64,000 bases of DNA from Acutalibacteraceae bacterium (lineage in GTDB: Bacteria; Bacillota; Clostridia; Oscillospirales; CAG-272): NCBI GenBank assembly GCA_963618495.1, contig CAVESF010000008.1:2749-66748 (forward strand). Reading direction: 5' to 3'. Below are positions 8,353 through 17,620 of this stretch, in pieces. The notes beneath the pieces are model-generated. The model saw nothing but the letters and a program-made list of their open reading frames with translations, was not told where the DNA came from and did not search any database. Each line of letters opens with the position of its first letter. Positions within the stretch are counted from its first letter, which is position 1. The position numbers were made by a program, and so were the translations under genes.

Positions 8353-8814
8353 TTATTTGCTGATTTCAGATAGATTTGCCTCATAGATTTCGGCATCCTC
8401 GTGCGGAAATTTATAGAAATCACGCCGCGTTCCTATCTTCAGAAAGCCGTGCTTTTCATAGAGATTTTTCGCGGCGGCATTTGATTGGCGCACATCGAGC
8501 GTTGCGCTCATTATGCCGTTTTCACGCGCCCAGCCGAGCAGAGAGACGAGAAGCCTGCTACCGACACCCTCCCTGCGATATGCCGCGTCAACAGCGACAT
8601 TGCAGATATCCATCTCATCAATTACGAAAAATGCGTCGGCATATCCCACGCATTTTTCCCCGTCGAAAGCGCAGAGGATGATGAAATCCTCGCGCGATGC
8701 CGCATCAAGCACGGCAATTTTACTCCATGCATTCTGCCCGAAGCACTGCGCTTCAATTTCGGCAATGCGGCATGCATTCTCCGCCGAAAAGGGGCGGATA
8801 TCAATCTTTTTCAC
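8353..8814 (-). CDS. rimI: Ribosomal-protein-alanine N-acetyltransferase RimI (GNAT)
   Basis: 153 aa. It has the GNAT acetyl-CoA motif (RREGVGSRLL) and the classical position directly upstream of tsaD. Confidence 0.8.
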   Translation of the reverse strand: MKKIDIRPFSAENACRIAEIEAQCFGQNAWSKIAVLDAASREDFIILCAFDGEKCVGYADAFFVIDEMDICNVAVDAAYRREGVGSRLLVSLLGWARENGIMSATLDVRQSNAAAKNLYEKHGFLKIGTRRDFYKFPHEDAEIYEANLSEISK

Positions 8815-9229
8815 TTAAAAGCAACTCCGTTATTCCCGCTTTTATCGCGTCATAGCACTGCGCCATCGCTTCATCGCCCGAAAAAAGCGGCATATTTATC
8901 TCTCCGAGAGAAACCACCTTGTCGGCACATTCTGGATATGCTTCCCTTATCACGCGGGCATAATCCTCACGCATGGCGACGACGATATCCGCCTCCTCCA
9001 TGAGATAGCCCGAAAGCTGACGGGCGCGGTGAAGCCTGTGCAGATTTCCCGCAAGTCTGCGGTCGAGGATGCGGATGGCATAAGGCTCCATTGTGTCGCC
9101 GACAAAGGCATTCAACCCTGCCGACGAGGCGGCATATCGGTCGCCCGCCATATCCATCAGTATGTACTCCGCCATGGCGGAGCGGCATGTATTTGCCACG
9201 CAGACAAAAAGAACCTTTTTTCTGCTCAT
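8801..9229 (-). CDS. Low-molecular-weight phosphatase (LMW-PTP fold), YwlE-like candidate protein-arginine phosphatase
   Basis: 142 aa. The P-loop is VLFVCVANTCRSAMAE (CX5R-S) with Thr immediately before the second Cys. Confidence 0.7.
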   Translation of the reverse strand: MSRKKVLFVCVANTCRSAMAEYILMDMAGDRYAASSAGLNAFVGDTMEPYAIRILDRRLAGNLHRLHRARQLSGYLMEEADIVVAMREDYARVIREAYPECADKVVSLGEINMPLFSGDEAMAQCYDAIKAGITELLLSEKD

Positions 9230-10080
9230 TATTCTGTTTCTTCTTCGTCGTGCACGCGGCAGGGCGTTGCCTCAACGGCATCTGCCACGGGAGCTATAGC
9301 GTCACCCTCGAAAAGCTCGATTGCGCCCTTGTCGCAAAGGTTTGCGAGCGCGGGGTCTATCGGCATCCTGGAGAGGACTGGAATATCATATTCCTTTGCC
9401 ACCTCTTCGACATGGCTCTCTCCGAAGATATGAAGCTCCTTGCCGCAATCGGGACACTTTACATAGCTCATATTTTCCACTATGCCGATTATCGGTATAT
9501 TCATAAGCTGTGCCATGCGGACAGCCTTGCCTACTATCATGCTGACAAGCTCCTGCGGGCTTGTGACAATGATGATTCCGTCCAGCGGGAGCGACTGGAA
9601 AACCGTGAGCGGAACATCGCCTGTGCCTGGAGGGCAGTCAACTACCATATAGTCAAGACTTCCCCATACGGCGTCCGTCCAGAACTGCTTTACGGTACCG
9701 GCGATGACGGGACCTCTCCATACAACGGGAGCGGAAGTGTCCTCAAGGAGCAGATTCAGACTGATGACCTCGATGCCCGTCTTTGTGGTCATGGGCATGA
9801 TGCCGCCGAGCGGTGCCGCCTCGCAGTTACCCTTGAGTCCGAAAGCTTTCGGAATGGAGGGACCTGTGATATCGGCATCGAGTATACCTACGGAAAGCTC
9901 TCTGCGACGAAGCTCTGTCGCAAGCAGACTGCTGACCATCGATTTGCCTACGCCGCCCTTGCCGGAAACGACGCCTATAAGCTTGCCTACGCGGCTGTAC
10001 TGATTTACCGCCTCAAACTGCGGCTTTCTCGAGCCGCAGGAAGCAGAGCATGTTGAACAATCATGTGTGCATTCTGACAT
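9229..10080 (-). CDS. Mrp/NBP35/ApbC-family Fe-S cluster carrier ATPase
   Basis: 283 aa. Deviant Walker A GKGGVGKS, conserved CPDCG motif, and a Cys-rich N-terminus (CTHDCSTCSASC). Confidence 0.85.
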   Translation of the reverse strand: MSECTHDCSTCSASCGSRKPQFEAVNQYSRVGKLIGVVSGKGGVGKSMVSSLLATELRRRELSVGILDADITGPSIPKAFGLKGNCEAAPLGGIMPMTTKTGIEVISLNLLLEDTSAPVVWRGPVIAGTVKQFWTDAVWGSLDYMVVDCPPGTGDVPLTVFQSLPLDGIIIVTSPQELVSMIVGKAVRMAQLMNIPIIGIVENMSYVKCPDCGKELHIFGESHVEEVAKEYDIPVLSRMPIDPALANLCDKGAIELFEGDAIAPVADAVEATPCRVHDEEETE

Positions 10081-10111
10081 TTTTTATATTCCTCTTTTTT
10101 CTCTTATTTTA

Positions 10112-11569
10112 TCAAAGTATCGTGAATCCGAAGAAGTCCTTCGTATTATTATAACATATATCGCAGACCATCTGCGCGAGCCGCTCTATATCGAGCGGAT
10201 ATTCGCCGCGCTCCACATAGCCGCCGATAACGGAGCAAAATATTCTCCTGAAATATTCATGGCGCGTATATGAAAGGAAGCTGCGCGAATCTGTCAGCAT
10301 ACCGATAAACTTGCCGAAAGCGGAAAGATTTGCGAGATTTTCCATCTGGGCACGCATACCGGCGATATTATCATTGAACCACCATGCGCTTCCGTGCTGC
10401 ATTTTCGGCATGCACCAGTCAAAGCCCTCGGATTCCTCGCTCGTGTAGTTGAATGTGCCGGCAAGCGTTGCAAGCGCGGCATTGTCGGTCGGATTGAGCG
10501 AATAGAGTACCGTTTTCGGAAGTGCGCCCTCGGTATTGAGTGCGTCAAGCATGGCGGCAAGGTCTGCAATGCAGTTTTTGCCGTGAATCATATCGTAGCC
10601 CATATCGGCACCGAGTGCGTTTGTCATTGCGCTGTTTGCACGGCGGAGCGTGCCGAAATGAATCTGCATTACCCAGCCGTTTCTTACATATTCCTTGCCG
10701 AAGAAGCGGATGAGCGCGCTCTTGTATATCGTAGCCATCTCTTCGCCGACGCTCTCGCCCGCAAGCGCGCGCTTGAGCACGACATCGGCGATGGCGACAG
10801 CCTGACCCGCTGTTTTGGTACTGTCGAATGTGACATAATTATCGAAACCGTGGTCAGCCGTGCGGCAGCCGAGCGCCTTGAAAAGTGCGATTCTCTTAGA
10901 TAGGACATCGCAGAGCGAAACAAAATCCTTTATTTCGTCCCCGGCAACCTCGGAAAGGTGCTTTATATAATTTGCGAAATCGGGCGCTGTAATATTCATG
11001 CATTTGTCGGGGCGGAACGCGGGAAGCACCTGAGTTTCAAAGCTCGTATCACTGCGCAGAGCGATGTGATATTCGAGATTGTCCGCGGGGTCGTCCGTCG
11101 TGCAGATAAGCTTGACATTCGATTTTTTTATGATGCCGCGCGCACTCATGGAAGGCTCCTCGAGCTTGTCACAGGTGAGTTGCCATACCTCATCGCAAGT
11201 ATCGGGCGAAAGCACGCCGTAATAGCCGAAATAGCGCTGAAGCTCGAGATGAGTCCAGTGGTAGAGCGGATTGCCGATGAGATTCGGCATTGCGCTCGCA
11301 TACGCACGGAATTTATCATAGTCGGAGGCGTCGCCCGTTATCAGACGTTCTGCGATACCGCAGGCACGCATTGCTCTCCATTTATAGTGGTCGCCGTAGA
11401 GCCAGAGCTGCGTGATATTTTCATATCTCTTGTCCTCGGCTATCTCCTTTGGGCTGACATGACAATGGTAGTCGATTATCGGCATCTGCTCGGCATAGTT
11501 ATGATAAAGCAGCTGAGCCACATCCGAATCAAGCAGAAAGTTTTCATCCATAAATTCTTTGATTTTCAT
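10112..11569 (-). CDS. uxaC: Glucuronate isomerase
   Basis: Family-typical N-terminus [37 protein letters not shown]. The start is set at ATG 11567-11569, preceded by AAGGAGAGGG. The track ORF adds 20 unsupported codons. Confidence 0.9.
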   Translation of the reverse strand: MKIKEFMDENFLLDSDVAQLLYHNYAEQMPIIDYHCHVSPKEIAEDKRYENITQLWLYGDHYKWRAMRACGIAERLITGDASDYDKFRAYASAMPNLIGNPLYHWTHLELQRYFGYYGVLSPDTCDEVWQLTCDKLEEPSMSARGIIKKSNVKLICTTDDPADNLEYHIALRSDTSFETQVLPAFRPDKCMNITAPDFANYIKHLSEVAGDEIKDFVSLCDVLSKRIALFKALGCRTADHGFDNYVTFDSTKTAGQAVAIADVVLKRALAGESVGEEMATIYKSALIRFFGKEYVRNGWVMQIHFGTLRRANSAMTNALGADMGYDMIHGKNCIADLAAMLDALNTEGALPKTVLYSLNPTDNAALATLAGTFNYTSEESEGFDWCMPKMQHGSAWWFNDNIAGMRAQMENLANLSAFGKFIGMLTDSRSFLSYTRHEYFRRIFCSVIGGYVERGEYPLDIERLAQMVCDICYNNTKDFFGFTIL

Positions 11570-11732
11570 TTTTCCCTCTCCTTTTATTCCCGAAATAGAA
11601 AAAACAGAGCTTTTTCTTAAATTATACACTATACTTCATTTAATTGCAAGATTTTATCCGATTTTCCCGCAGAAATTTTCCGCAAAAAGCTCCCATGCGC
11701 ACAAAAAAACAAAAAAATATCGGATTTTCCTC

Positions 11733-11761
11733 TTGCAAAACGGGAAAAACTGTGTTATGAT
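11733..11761 (+). promoter_or_regulatory. SigA-type promoter of the pheST leader
   Basis: TTGCAA (11733-11738), 17-nt spacer, TATGAT (11756-11761), with TG at the extended -10 position. Confidence 0.6.
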
Positions 11762-11767
11762 ATTATC

Positions 11768-12016
11768 GTATAAGAAAAATGCTGTGAAAAAGTGGCGTTT
11801 GCCCGTCATATGTGCGGAAAAGAGAGACCCGTCATCGGCTGAAAGCGGGTTCGCATATGAGCAGACCGCCTTTCGCTTTGGAGCTTTTGCCGTGAAAAAC
11901 AGTAGCGGCAGACGCAAGGCTCGCGTTATGAGTCTCAGAGTGCCCGCATATGCGGGAATTCGGGTGGTACCGCGGAATTTTATCTCCGTCCCTTTTTCGG
12001 GGCGGAGATTTTTTAT
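11768..12016 (+). promoter_or_regulatory. T-box riboswitch leader (tRNA-Phe responsive) controlling pheST
   Basis: Conserved T-box sequence GGGTGGTACCGCG (11962-11974) sits immediately 5' of a terminator hairpin. An AGAGA motif is in stem I, with a candidate UUC specifier at about 11850-11852. Its location upstream of pheS is classical. Confidence 0.85.
11982..12016 (+). terminator. Intrinsic terminator of the T-box leader
   Basis: ATCTCCGTCCC-TTTTTC-GGGGCGGAGAT followed by TTTTTTATTTT. Confidence 0.85.
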
Positions 12017-12074
12017 TTTCCCGCCGTATTTTCGCGCATTGAATTTCATTATAATAATTTCGGAGGAATACAAA

Positions 12075-13088
12075 ATGAGAAAGCTGCTTGAAGAAATAAG
12101 AAAAAAAGCAGAAAGCGAGCTTGATTCCGGTGCCGATGCGGAGAGCATCCGTATCAAATATCTCGGAAAAAAAGGCGAGCTGACAGCTGTGCTCCGCCAG
12201 ATGGGTTCGCTCTCCGCCGAAGAGCGCCCCGTGATAGGCGGTCTTGCAAACGAAGTGCGCACATATATTGAGGAGCGCATAGCAAAGAGAGCGGACGAGC
12301 TGAAGAATGCGGCTCTTCGCGCAAAGCTTGCGTCCGAGAAGCTCGATGTCACCGTTCCAGGGACTCCCTCGGCTGATTTCGGTCGTCGCCATCCCCTTGC
12401 GCAGACAGAGGAGCTGATGCGCGATGTATTTATCGGCATGGGCTTCACGATAGCGGAAGGGCCTGAGGTAGAATACGACTACTACAATTTTGAGGCGCTC
12501 AATCTGCCGAAAAACCACCCTGCAAGAGATACGCAGGATACATTCTATATCACTGATAATATACTTCTGCGCTCGCAGACATCTCCTGTTCAGGTCCGCG
12601 CCATGGAGCAGAGCAAGCCGCCGATACGCATCATATCTCCCGGCAGAGTTTACCGTGCCGACCCCGCAGACGCTACGCATTCGCCTATTTTCCATCAGAT
12701 GGAGGGTCTTGTCGTGGACAAGGGCATCACAATGGGCGACCTCAAGGCTACGCTTGAGCTTTTCGCGCAGAAGATGTTCGGTCCGGAGACAAAAATCCGC
12801 TTCCGTCCGCATCACTTCCCTTTCACGGAGCCTTCTGCTGAAGTCGATGTTTCCTGCTTCGTATGCGGCGGTGAGGGTTGCCGCGTATGCAAGGGCGAAG
12901 GCTGGATAGAGATACTCGGCGCAGGCATGGTTCATCCTTTCGTGCTCTCAAACTGCGGCATCGACCCCGAGGTTTATTCCGGCTTTGCTTTCGGCATGGG
13001 CATAGAGAGAATCACCATGTGCCGCTATGGCATGGATGACCTCCGCCTCCTCTACGACAACGATATGCGCTTCCTCAGCCAGTTCTGA
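12075..13088 (+). CDS. pheS: Phenylalanine--tRNA ligase alpha subunit
   Basis: The start is ATG 12075 after GGAGGAA. Class II aaRS motifs are present ([36 protein letters not shown]). The track ORF starting at 11559 reads through the leader. Confidence 0.95.
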   Translation: MRKLLEEIRKKAESELDSGADAESIRIKYLGKKGELTAVLRQMGSLSAEERPVIGGLANEVRTYIEERIAKRADELKNAALRAKLASEKLDVTVPGTPSADFGRRHPLAQTEELMRDVFIGMGFTIAEGPEVEYDYYNFEALNLPKNHPARDTQDTFYITDNILLRSQTSPVQVRAMEQSKPPIRIISPGRVYRADPADATHSPIFHQMEGLVVDKGITMGDLKATLELFAQKMFGPETKIRFRPHHFPFTEPSAEVDVSCFVCGGEGCRVCKGEGWIEILGAGMVHPFVLSNCGIDPEVYSGFAFGMGIERITMCRYGMDDLRLLYDNDMRFLSQF

Positions 13089-13108
13089 GAGAAAGGTAGG
13101 TAAAAGAT

Positions 13109-15559
13109 ATGATTTTATCAATGAAATGGCTTTCCGACTTCGTTGATTGCTCGGATATAAATATAAAGAAATATTGCGACAGAATGACCGATACAGGCTC
13201 CAAAGTCGAAGGCTATGAGCTTCTCGGCGAAGAGATAGAAAATGTCCGCGTAGGTCTGATAAAAAAGATTGAGCAGCATCCCGATGCGGAGCGCCTCGTC
13301 ATCTGTCAGGTTGATATGGGCAGCCGTATGCTCCAGATTGTAACGGCAGCAAAGAATGTTTTCGAGGGCGCTTATGTTCCCGTAGCCATGTCTCCCGAGG
13401 GAGAAAAGACAGTAGCCAAGCTAGCGCACGGTGTGGAGATAAAGACAGGCAAGCTCCGCGGCGTTGTTTCCGAGGGAATGTTCTGCTCCATAGAGGAGCT
13501 GGGACTCACCACGCACGATATGCCTTTCGCCGCGACAGACGGCATCCTCATACTCAATGACGAAAATCTCGACGGCAGAACCTTTGCCCCGGGCGATGAC
13601 ATACGCGATGTTCTCGGTATGCGCGATACGGCTGTGGAATTTGAAATTACGCCGAACCGCCCCGATTGCCTTTCCGTCATCGGTCTTGCGAGAGAAAGCG
13701 CGGCAAGCTTTGACCGCCACCTCACGCTTCCCATGCCGAAAGTCACCGAGTCGGGCGACGATATAAAAAATTATCTCGACGTCTCTATTTCCGATACGGA
13801 AAAGTGCATGCGTTACAGTGCGCGCGTTATAAAGAATGTAAAGATTGCTCCTTCTCCGCTCTGGCTGAGAATGCGTCTGCGCGCAAGCGGCGTCCGCCCG
13901 ATAAACAATATCGTCGATATCACAAACTATGTAATGCTCGAATATGGTCAGCCCATGCATGCATTTGATTATTCCTGCCTCACAGGAAAGAAAATAGATG
14001 TGCGCACAGCAGGCGATAAGGAAGAATTCGTCACTCTCGACAATAACAAGCGCGAGCTTACTTCCGATATGCTCGTGATTGCGGACAGCGTGCGTCCCGT
14101 CGCCATTGCAGGCGTAATGGGCGGCGCAAACAGCGAGATAGAAGATAATACAAACACAGTCGTTTTCGAATCCGCCGCTTTCCTCGGAAGCTCCGTCCGC
14201 GTAACGGCAAAAAAGCTGAATATGCGCACGGAAAGCTCCGCCCGCTTTGAAAAGGGACTTGACTACGAGCAGACAGTCGCCGCTCTCGAGCGCGCCTGCG
14301 AACTTGTGACAATGCTCGGCGCGGGAGAAGTCGTAAACGGAATGATAGATGTTTACCCGCATAAAAAAGAAATCTCCACGGTAAAATTCGAGCCGGAAAG
14401 AATGAATCGCTTCCTCGGAATCAATATCACGAGAGAAGAAATGGTAAAGATTCTCGAAAAGCTTGATTTCAGGGTAGATGGCGATACGATAACGGTTCCT
14501 TCCTATCGTGACGATGTCCGCATGATGAACGATGTGGCGGAAGAAGTCGTCCGTATCTACGGCTACAACGAAATAGAGTCCGGCACGATGACAGTTCCCA
14601 TGCTCGTTGGCGGTCTTACCGAAGAGCAGAAATTCAAAAAGGACCTAAATAATCTCCTCTGCGGCTTCGGTCTCTGGGAGATATGGACATATTCTTTCAT
14701 GTCGGCAAAGCTCTATGATAAGATAGGTCTTGCCGCAGATGACCCGCGTAGAAAATCCGTCGAGATAATGAATCCTTTCGGTGAGGATACAAAGACCATG
14801 CGCACCGTTGCTCTTCCCTCCATGCTCTCCATCCTTGAGCTGAACTGCAAAAACAAGAGTGCCGAAAATGCCGCTTTCTATGAACTGGCAAAGGTATTTA
14901 TCCCGCGCGAGGGCGTAGTTACAAACATTCACGGACTCGAGGGCGTTCTCCCCGATGAAAGAATAAAGATAAGCATCGGTCTCTATAATGCAGGCGATTT
15001 CTACAGAATGAAAGGCATCTGCGAAGGCATACTCAAATTTGCCGGAATTGAAAACGCTTCATATAAGGCAAATGCAAATGAGCCGACATTCCATCCTGGC
15101 AGATGCGCCGATATCTTTGCTTCCGACGGCATCCGTCTCGGAACATTCGGCGAGCTTCATCCGATAATCGCAAAGGAAAATTACGGCTTCGATGCTCCCG
15201 TAATGCTTGCGGAACTTGATTTCGCAGAAATATTCGCTCATGCGAGAAAGACCTGCAAATATCGCCCGATTCCGAAATTCCCCGCTACGACAAGAGACTT
15301 CTCATTCGTATGCGATGAAAATATCGAAGTCGGCACGATTGAGGACGTTATGCGTGCAAGCGGCGTGAAGCTTATCGAAGGTATCAAACTCTTTGATGTA
15401 TACAAGGGCGCGCAGCTTCCCGCAGGCAAGAAGAGCGTTTCGTTCTCCGTTTCGCTCCGCGCTCCCGACCGTACTCTCACGGTAGAGGAAGCCGATAAGG
15501 CGGCAAAGAAGATTCTCTCCGCCATCGAGCACGAACTCGGCATCACAATAAGACAGTAA
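13109..15559 (+). CDS. pheT: Phenylalanine--tRNA ligase beta subunit
   Basis: 816 aa. N-terminus M(ILSM)KWLSDFV, tRNA-binding, B3/4, B5 and FDX-ACB regions in the usual order, 20 nt after pheS. Confidence 0.95.
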   Translation: MILSMKWLSDFVDCSDINIKKYCDRMTDTGSKVEGYELLGEEIENVRVGLIKKIEQHPDAERLVICQVDMGSRMLQIVTAAKNVFEGAYVPVAMSPEGEKTVAKLAHGVEIKTGKLRGVVSEGMFCSIEELGLTTHDMPFAATDGILILNDENLDGRTFAPGDDIRDVLGMRDTAVEFEITPNRPDCLSVIGLARESAASFDRHLTLPMPKVTESGDDIKNYLDVSISDTEKCMRYSARVIKNVKIAPSPLWLRMRLRASGVRPINNIVDITNYVMLEYGQPMHAFDYSCLTGKKIDVRTAGDKEEFVTLDNNKRELTSDMLVIADSVRPVAIAGVMGGANSEIEDNTNTVVFESAAFLGSSVRVTAKKLNMRTESSARFEKGLDYEQTVAALERACELVTMLGAGEVVNGMIDVYPHKKEISTVKFEPERMNRFLGINITREEMVKILEKLDFRVDGDTITVPSYRDDVRMMNDVAEEVVRIYGYNEIESGTMTVPMLVGGLTEEQKFKKDLNNLLCGFGLWEIWTYSFMSAKLYDKIGLAADDPRRKSVEIMNPFGEDTKTMRTVALPSMLSILELNCKNKSAENAAFYELAKVFIPREGVVTNIHGLEGVLPDERIKISIGLYNAGDFYRMKGICEGILKFAGIENASYKANANEPTFHPGRCADIFASDGIRLGTFGELHPIIAKENYGFDAPVMLAELDFAEIFAHARKTCKYRPIPKFPATTRDFSFVCDENIEVGTIEDVMRASGVKLIEGIKLFDVYKGAQLPAGKKSVSFSVSLRAPDRTLTVEEADKAAKKILSAIEHELGITIRQ

Positions 15560-15567
15560 AAGAATGG

Positions 15568-15600
15568 AATCCCCCGAAAGCCTTGTGCCATCGGGGGATT
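15568..15600 (+). terminator. pheST terminator
   Basis: AATCCCCCGA ... TCGGGGGATT hairpin followed by a T-rich tail. Confidence 0.8.
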
Positions 15601-15642
15601 TTCTATTTTATACAAAGGTATATTTTCTCTTTTTGTATGCAA

Positions 15643-15670
15643 AAAGGCAGACGTTTTCACGCCTGCCTTT
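15643..15670 (-). terminator. Terminator of the mdh-to-PQ-loop operon
   Basis: AAAGGCAG / CTGCCTTT stem. On the minus strand it is followed by TTTTTGCATAC, 15 nt after the stop of 15685..15990. Confidence 0.6.
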
Positions 15671-15684
15671 CGCTTTACATTCTC

Positions 15685-15990
15685 TTATTTTGCCTGTGCG
15701 TCGGCAAGTTCATCGAGCTTCTTATTTCTGAAATAGAGCGCAACATCTATAGAGATTTCTATGAAATTGAGCACATAGAAGAAGAAACTGAGATAGAAGA
15801 GGAAGCCGGAGGCTCCGCCTACTGTCTGTATAATCTTTCTCGTGATGCCGCATGCATAGCCTATGAGCAGGAAAACCTCAAAGAAAAGGCTCTTGCCCTT
15901 TGCCGTGCGCGAAACGAGTGATTTTCTTATCGAAATAGGCCATGAAAGACCGAAACAGAATATTGTCAAAGCCTCAAGTAAATCTACCAT
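15685..15990 (-). CDS. Small 3-TM membrane protein, PQ-loop/SemiSWEET-like
   Basis: 101 aa with three predicted helices. The motif after TM1, WPISIRKSLVSRTAKGKS, resembles the PQ-loop signature PQxxxNxxxKSxxGxS. RBS AGAAGGTG is present, and the gene starts 16 nt after the stop of the flavoprotein gene. Confidence 0.45.
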   Translation of the reverse strand: MVDLLEALTIFCFGLSWPISIRKSLVSRTAKGKSLFFEVFLLIGYACGITRKIIQTVGGASGFLFYLSFFFYVLNFIEISIDVALYFRNKKLDELADAQAK

Positions 15991-16005
15991 TATTAAACAC
16001 CTTCT

Positions 16006-17607
16006 TTAATTTTGTTTTCTGCGGTAATCGGGAAGCAGCTTCGGCGAAACAGCATCTGTTTCTATACCTGCGGCTTCTCTTTCCGCATCAAATTTTGTTA
16101 TATGCTCAAGCGTAAGCTTTCCTGCATTTACGCTCTTTGCCTGTTCTGCCGCGTTCTTGCCGGCACTTCTGCCGAAAACGATGATATCAAGCAGTGAATT
16201 GCCCATCAAACGGTTGCGCCCGTGGATTCCGCCTACAGCCTCGCCCGCAACATAGAGATTTTCTACATTTGTGGTCATGCCGTTTACATTGATATCGAGA
16301 CCGCCGTTCTGATAATGAAGCGTGGGATAAACAAGAATCGGCTCCTTGCGGATATCTATGCCGTAACTTGCGAACATACGCATCATCGCGGGAATTCTGC
16401 GCTCTATCGTGCCCTCGCCGCCGATAGCTTCTATCATCGGCGTATCGAGCCAGACAGCCTCGCCGCTACCTGTATTGACACCCTCGCCGCGGTCGGAGCA
16501 TTCGCGGATTATGGAAGCCGCCGCAACATCGCGCGTCTCAAGCGGATGCATGAATACCTTGCCGTCGCGGTTTACGAGCTTCGCACCGAGCGAACGCACC
16601 TTTTCCGTTACGAGCGCACCGAAAATCTGCTCGGGATAAGCCGCGCCTGTCGGATGATACTGGAGCGTATCGGCATAGAGGAGCTTTGCGCCTACGCGAT
16701 AGCCGAGAACAAGGCCGTCGGCTGTTGCACCGTAATGGTTCGATGTCGGGAAGCCCTGATAATGCATTCTTCCCGCGCCGCCTGTCGCGATGATGACCGT
16801 CTTTGCACGGGCAACCATCAGTTCATGCGTTTCCATATTCATGAGAACCGCGCCTGCCGCCTTGCCGTTTTCATCGAGGATAAGCTCTATTGCCGCTGTG
16901 AAATCGACTACGGGAATACCTCGGTTGAGTACCTCATCGCGCAGAGTTCTCATTATCTCGGCGCCTGAATAGTCCTTTGCCGCATGCATACGCTTGCGCG
17001 ATGTTCCGCCGCCGTGAGTTGTTATCATTGTGCCGTCGGGTGCCTTGTCAAACTCCACGCCGAGGTCATTGAGCCATTCTATAGCCTCGGGCGCATCGCA
17101 AACGAGCTTTGCAAGCAGTTCGCGCTTTGCAGCGTAGTGACCGCCGCCGAAAGCATCGACAAAATGGATAGCAGGAGAATCATTTGGCTTATCAGCCGCC
17201 TGAATGCCGCCCTCTGCCATCATCGTATTGGCATCGCCTATGCGCAGCTTGGTGACAATCATCGTCTTTGCACCGGCATTGTCCGCTTCTATCGCCGCGG
17301 AAGCACCCGCGCCGCCGCCGCCGATGATAAGCACATCGACATCATATGCAATATCAGAGAGATCTATGTCGCTCGCCTTTATGCGGCTGTGCGCCTCAAG
17401 CATTTCGCAGAGCTCATGCGGAACAGCCTCGCCCTTGTTTGCGCCGATTCTGAGAGTTGCAAATTCGCTCTTCTTATAGTCGGGATGATAAGCCGCGAGA
17501 AGCGCGTCCTTCTCATCCGCCGTCATGCGGGCAGGCTCATATGCGATATTTTCTTTTCTTGCGGCTTCGACAGCGGCAAGAGATTCCTGAAATTCCTTTG
17601 AATACAT
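16006..17607 (-). CDS. Fumarate reductase/succinate dehydrogenase-family flavoprotein, soluble type (non-covalent FAD predicted)
   Basis: 533 aa. The FAD fold DVLIIGGGGAGASAAIEA begins near residue 90. Family motifs LQYHPTG, TEKVR, LETRD, HYQNGG and HGRNRLMGNSL are present. The covalent-FAD site reads DANT instead of RSHT. Confidence 0.8.
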   Translation of the reverse strand: MYSKEFQESLAAVEAARKENIAYEPARMTADEKDALLAAYHPDYKKSEFATLRIGANKGEAVPHELCEMLEAHSRIKASDIDLSDIAYDVDVLIIGGGGAGASAAIEADNAGAKTMIVTKLRIGDANTMMAEGGIQAADKPNDSPAIHFVDAFGGGHYAAKRELLAKLVCDAPEAIEWLNDLGVEFDKAPDGTMITTHGGGTSRKRMHAAKDYSGAEIMRTLRDEVLNRGIPVVDFTAAIELILDENGKAAGAVLMNMETHELMVARAKTVIIATGGAGRMHYQGFPTSNHYGATADGLVLGYRVGAKLLYADTLQYHPTGAAYPEQIFGALVTEKVRSLGAKLVNRDGKVFMHPLETRDVAAASIIRECSDRGEGVNTGSGEAVWLDTPMIEAIGGEGTIERRIPAMMRMFASYGIDIRKEPILVYPTLHYQNGGLDINVNGMTTNVENLYVAGEAVGGIHGRNRLMGNSLLDIIVFGRSAGKNAAEQAKSVNAGKLTLEHITKFDAEREAAGIETDAVSPKLLPDYRRKQN

Positions 17608-17620
17608 TTCCCTGCCCTCC

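Noticed and set aside
10112-11569. An isolated uxaC among housekeeping genes as a sign of a hexuronate island or horizontal insertion.
   Set aside because: It is a single gene with normal-looking codon usage and an RBS, with no partner uxu/kdg genes, transporter or mobility genes in the window. There is too little evidence to call it anything beyond an orphan isomerase gene.
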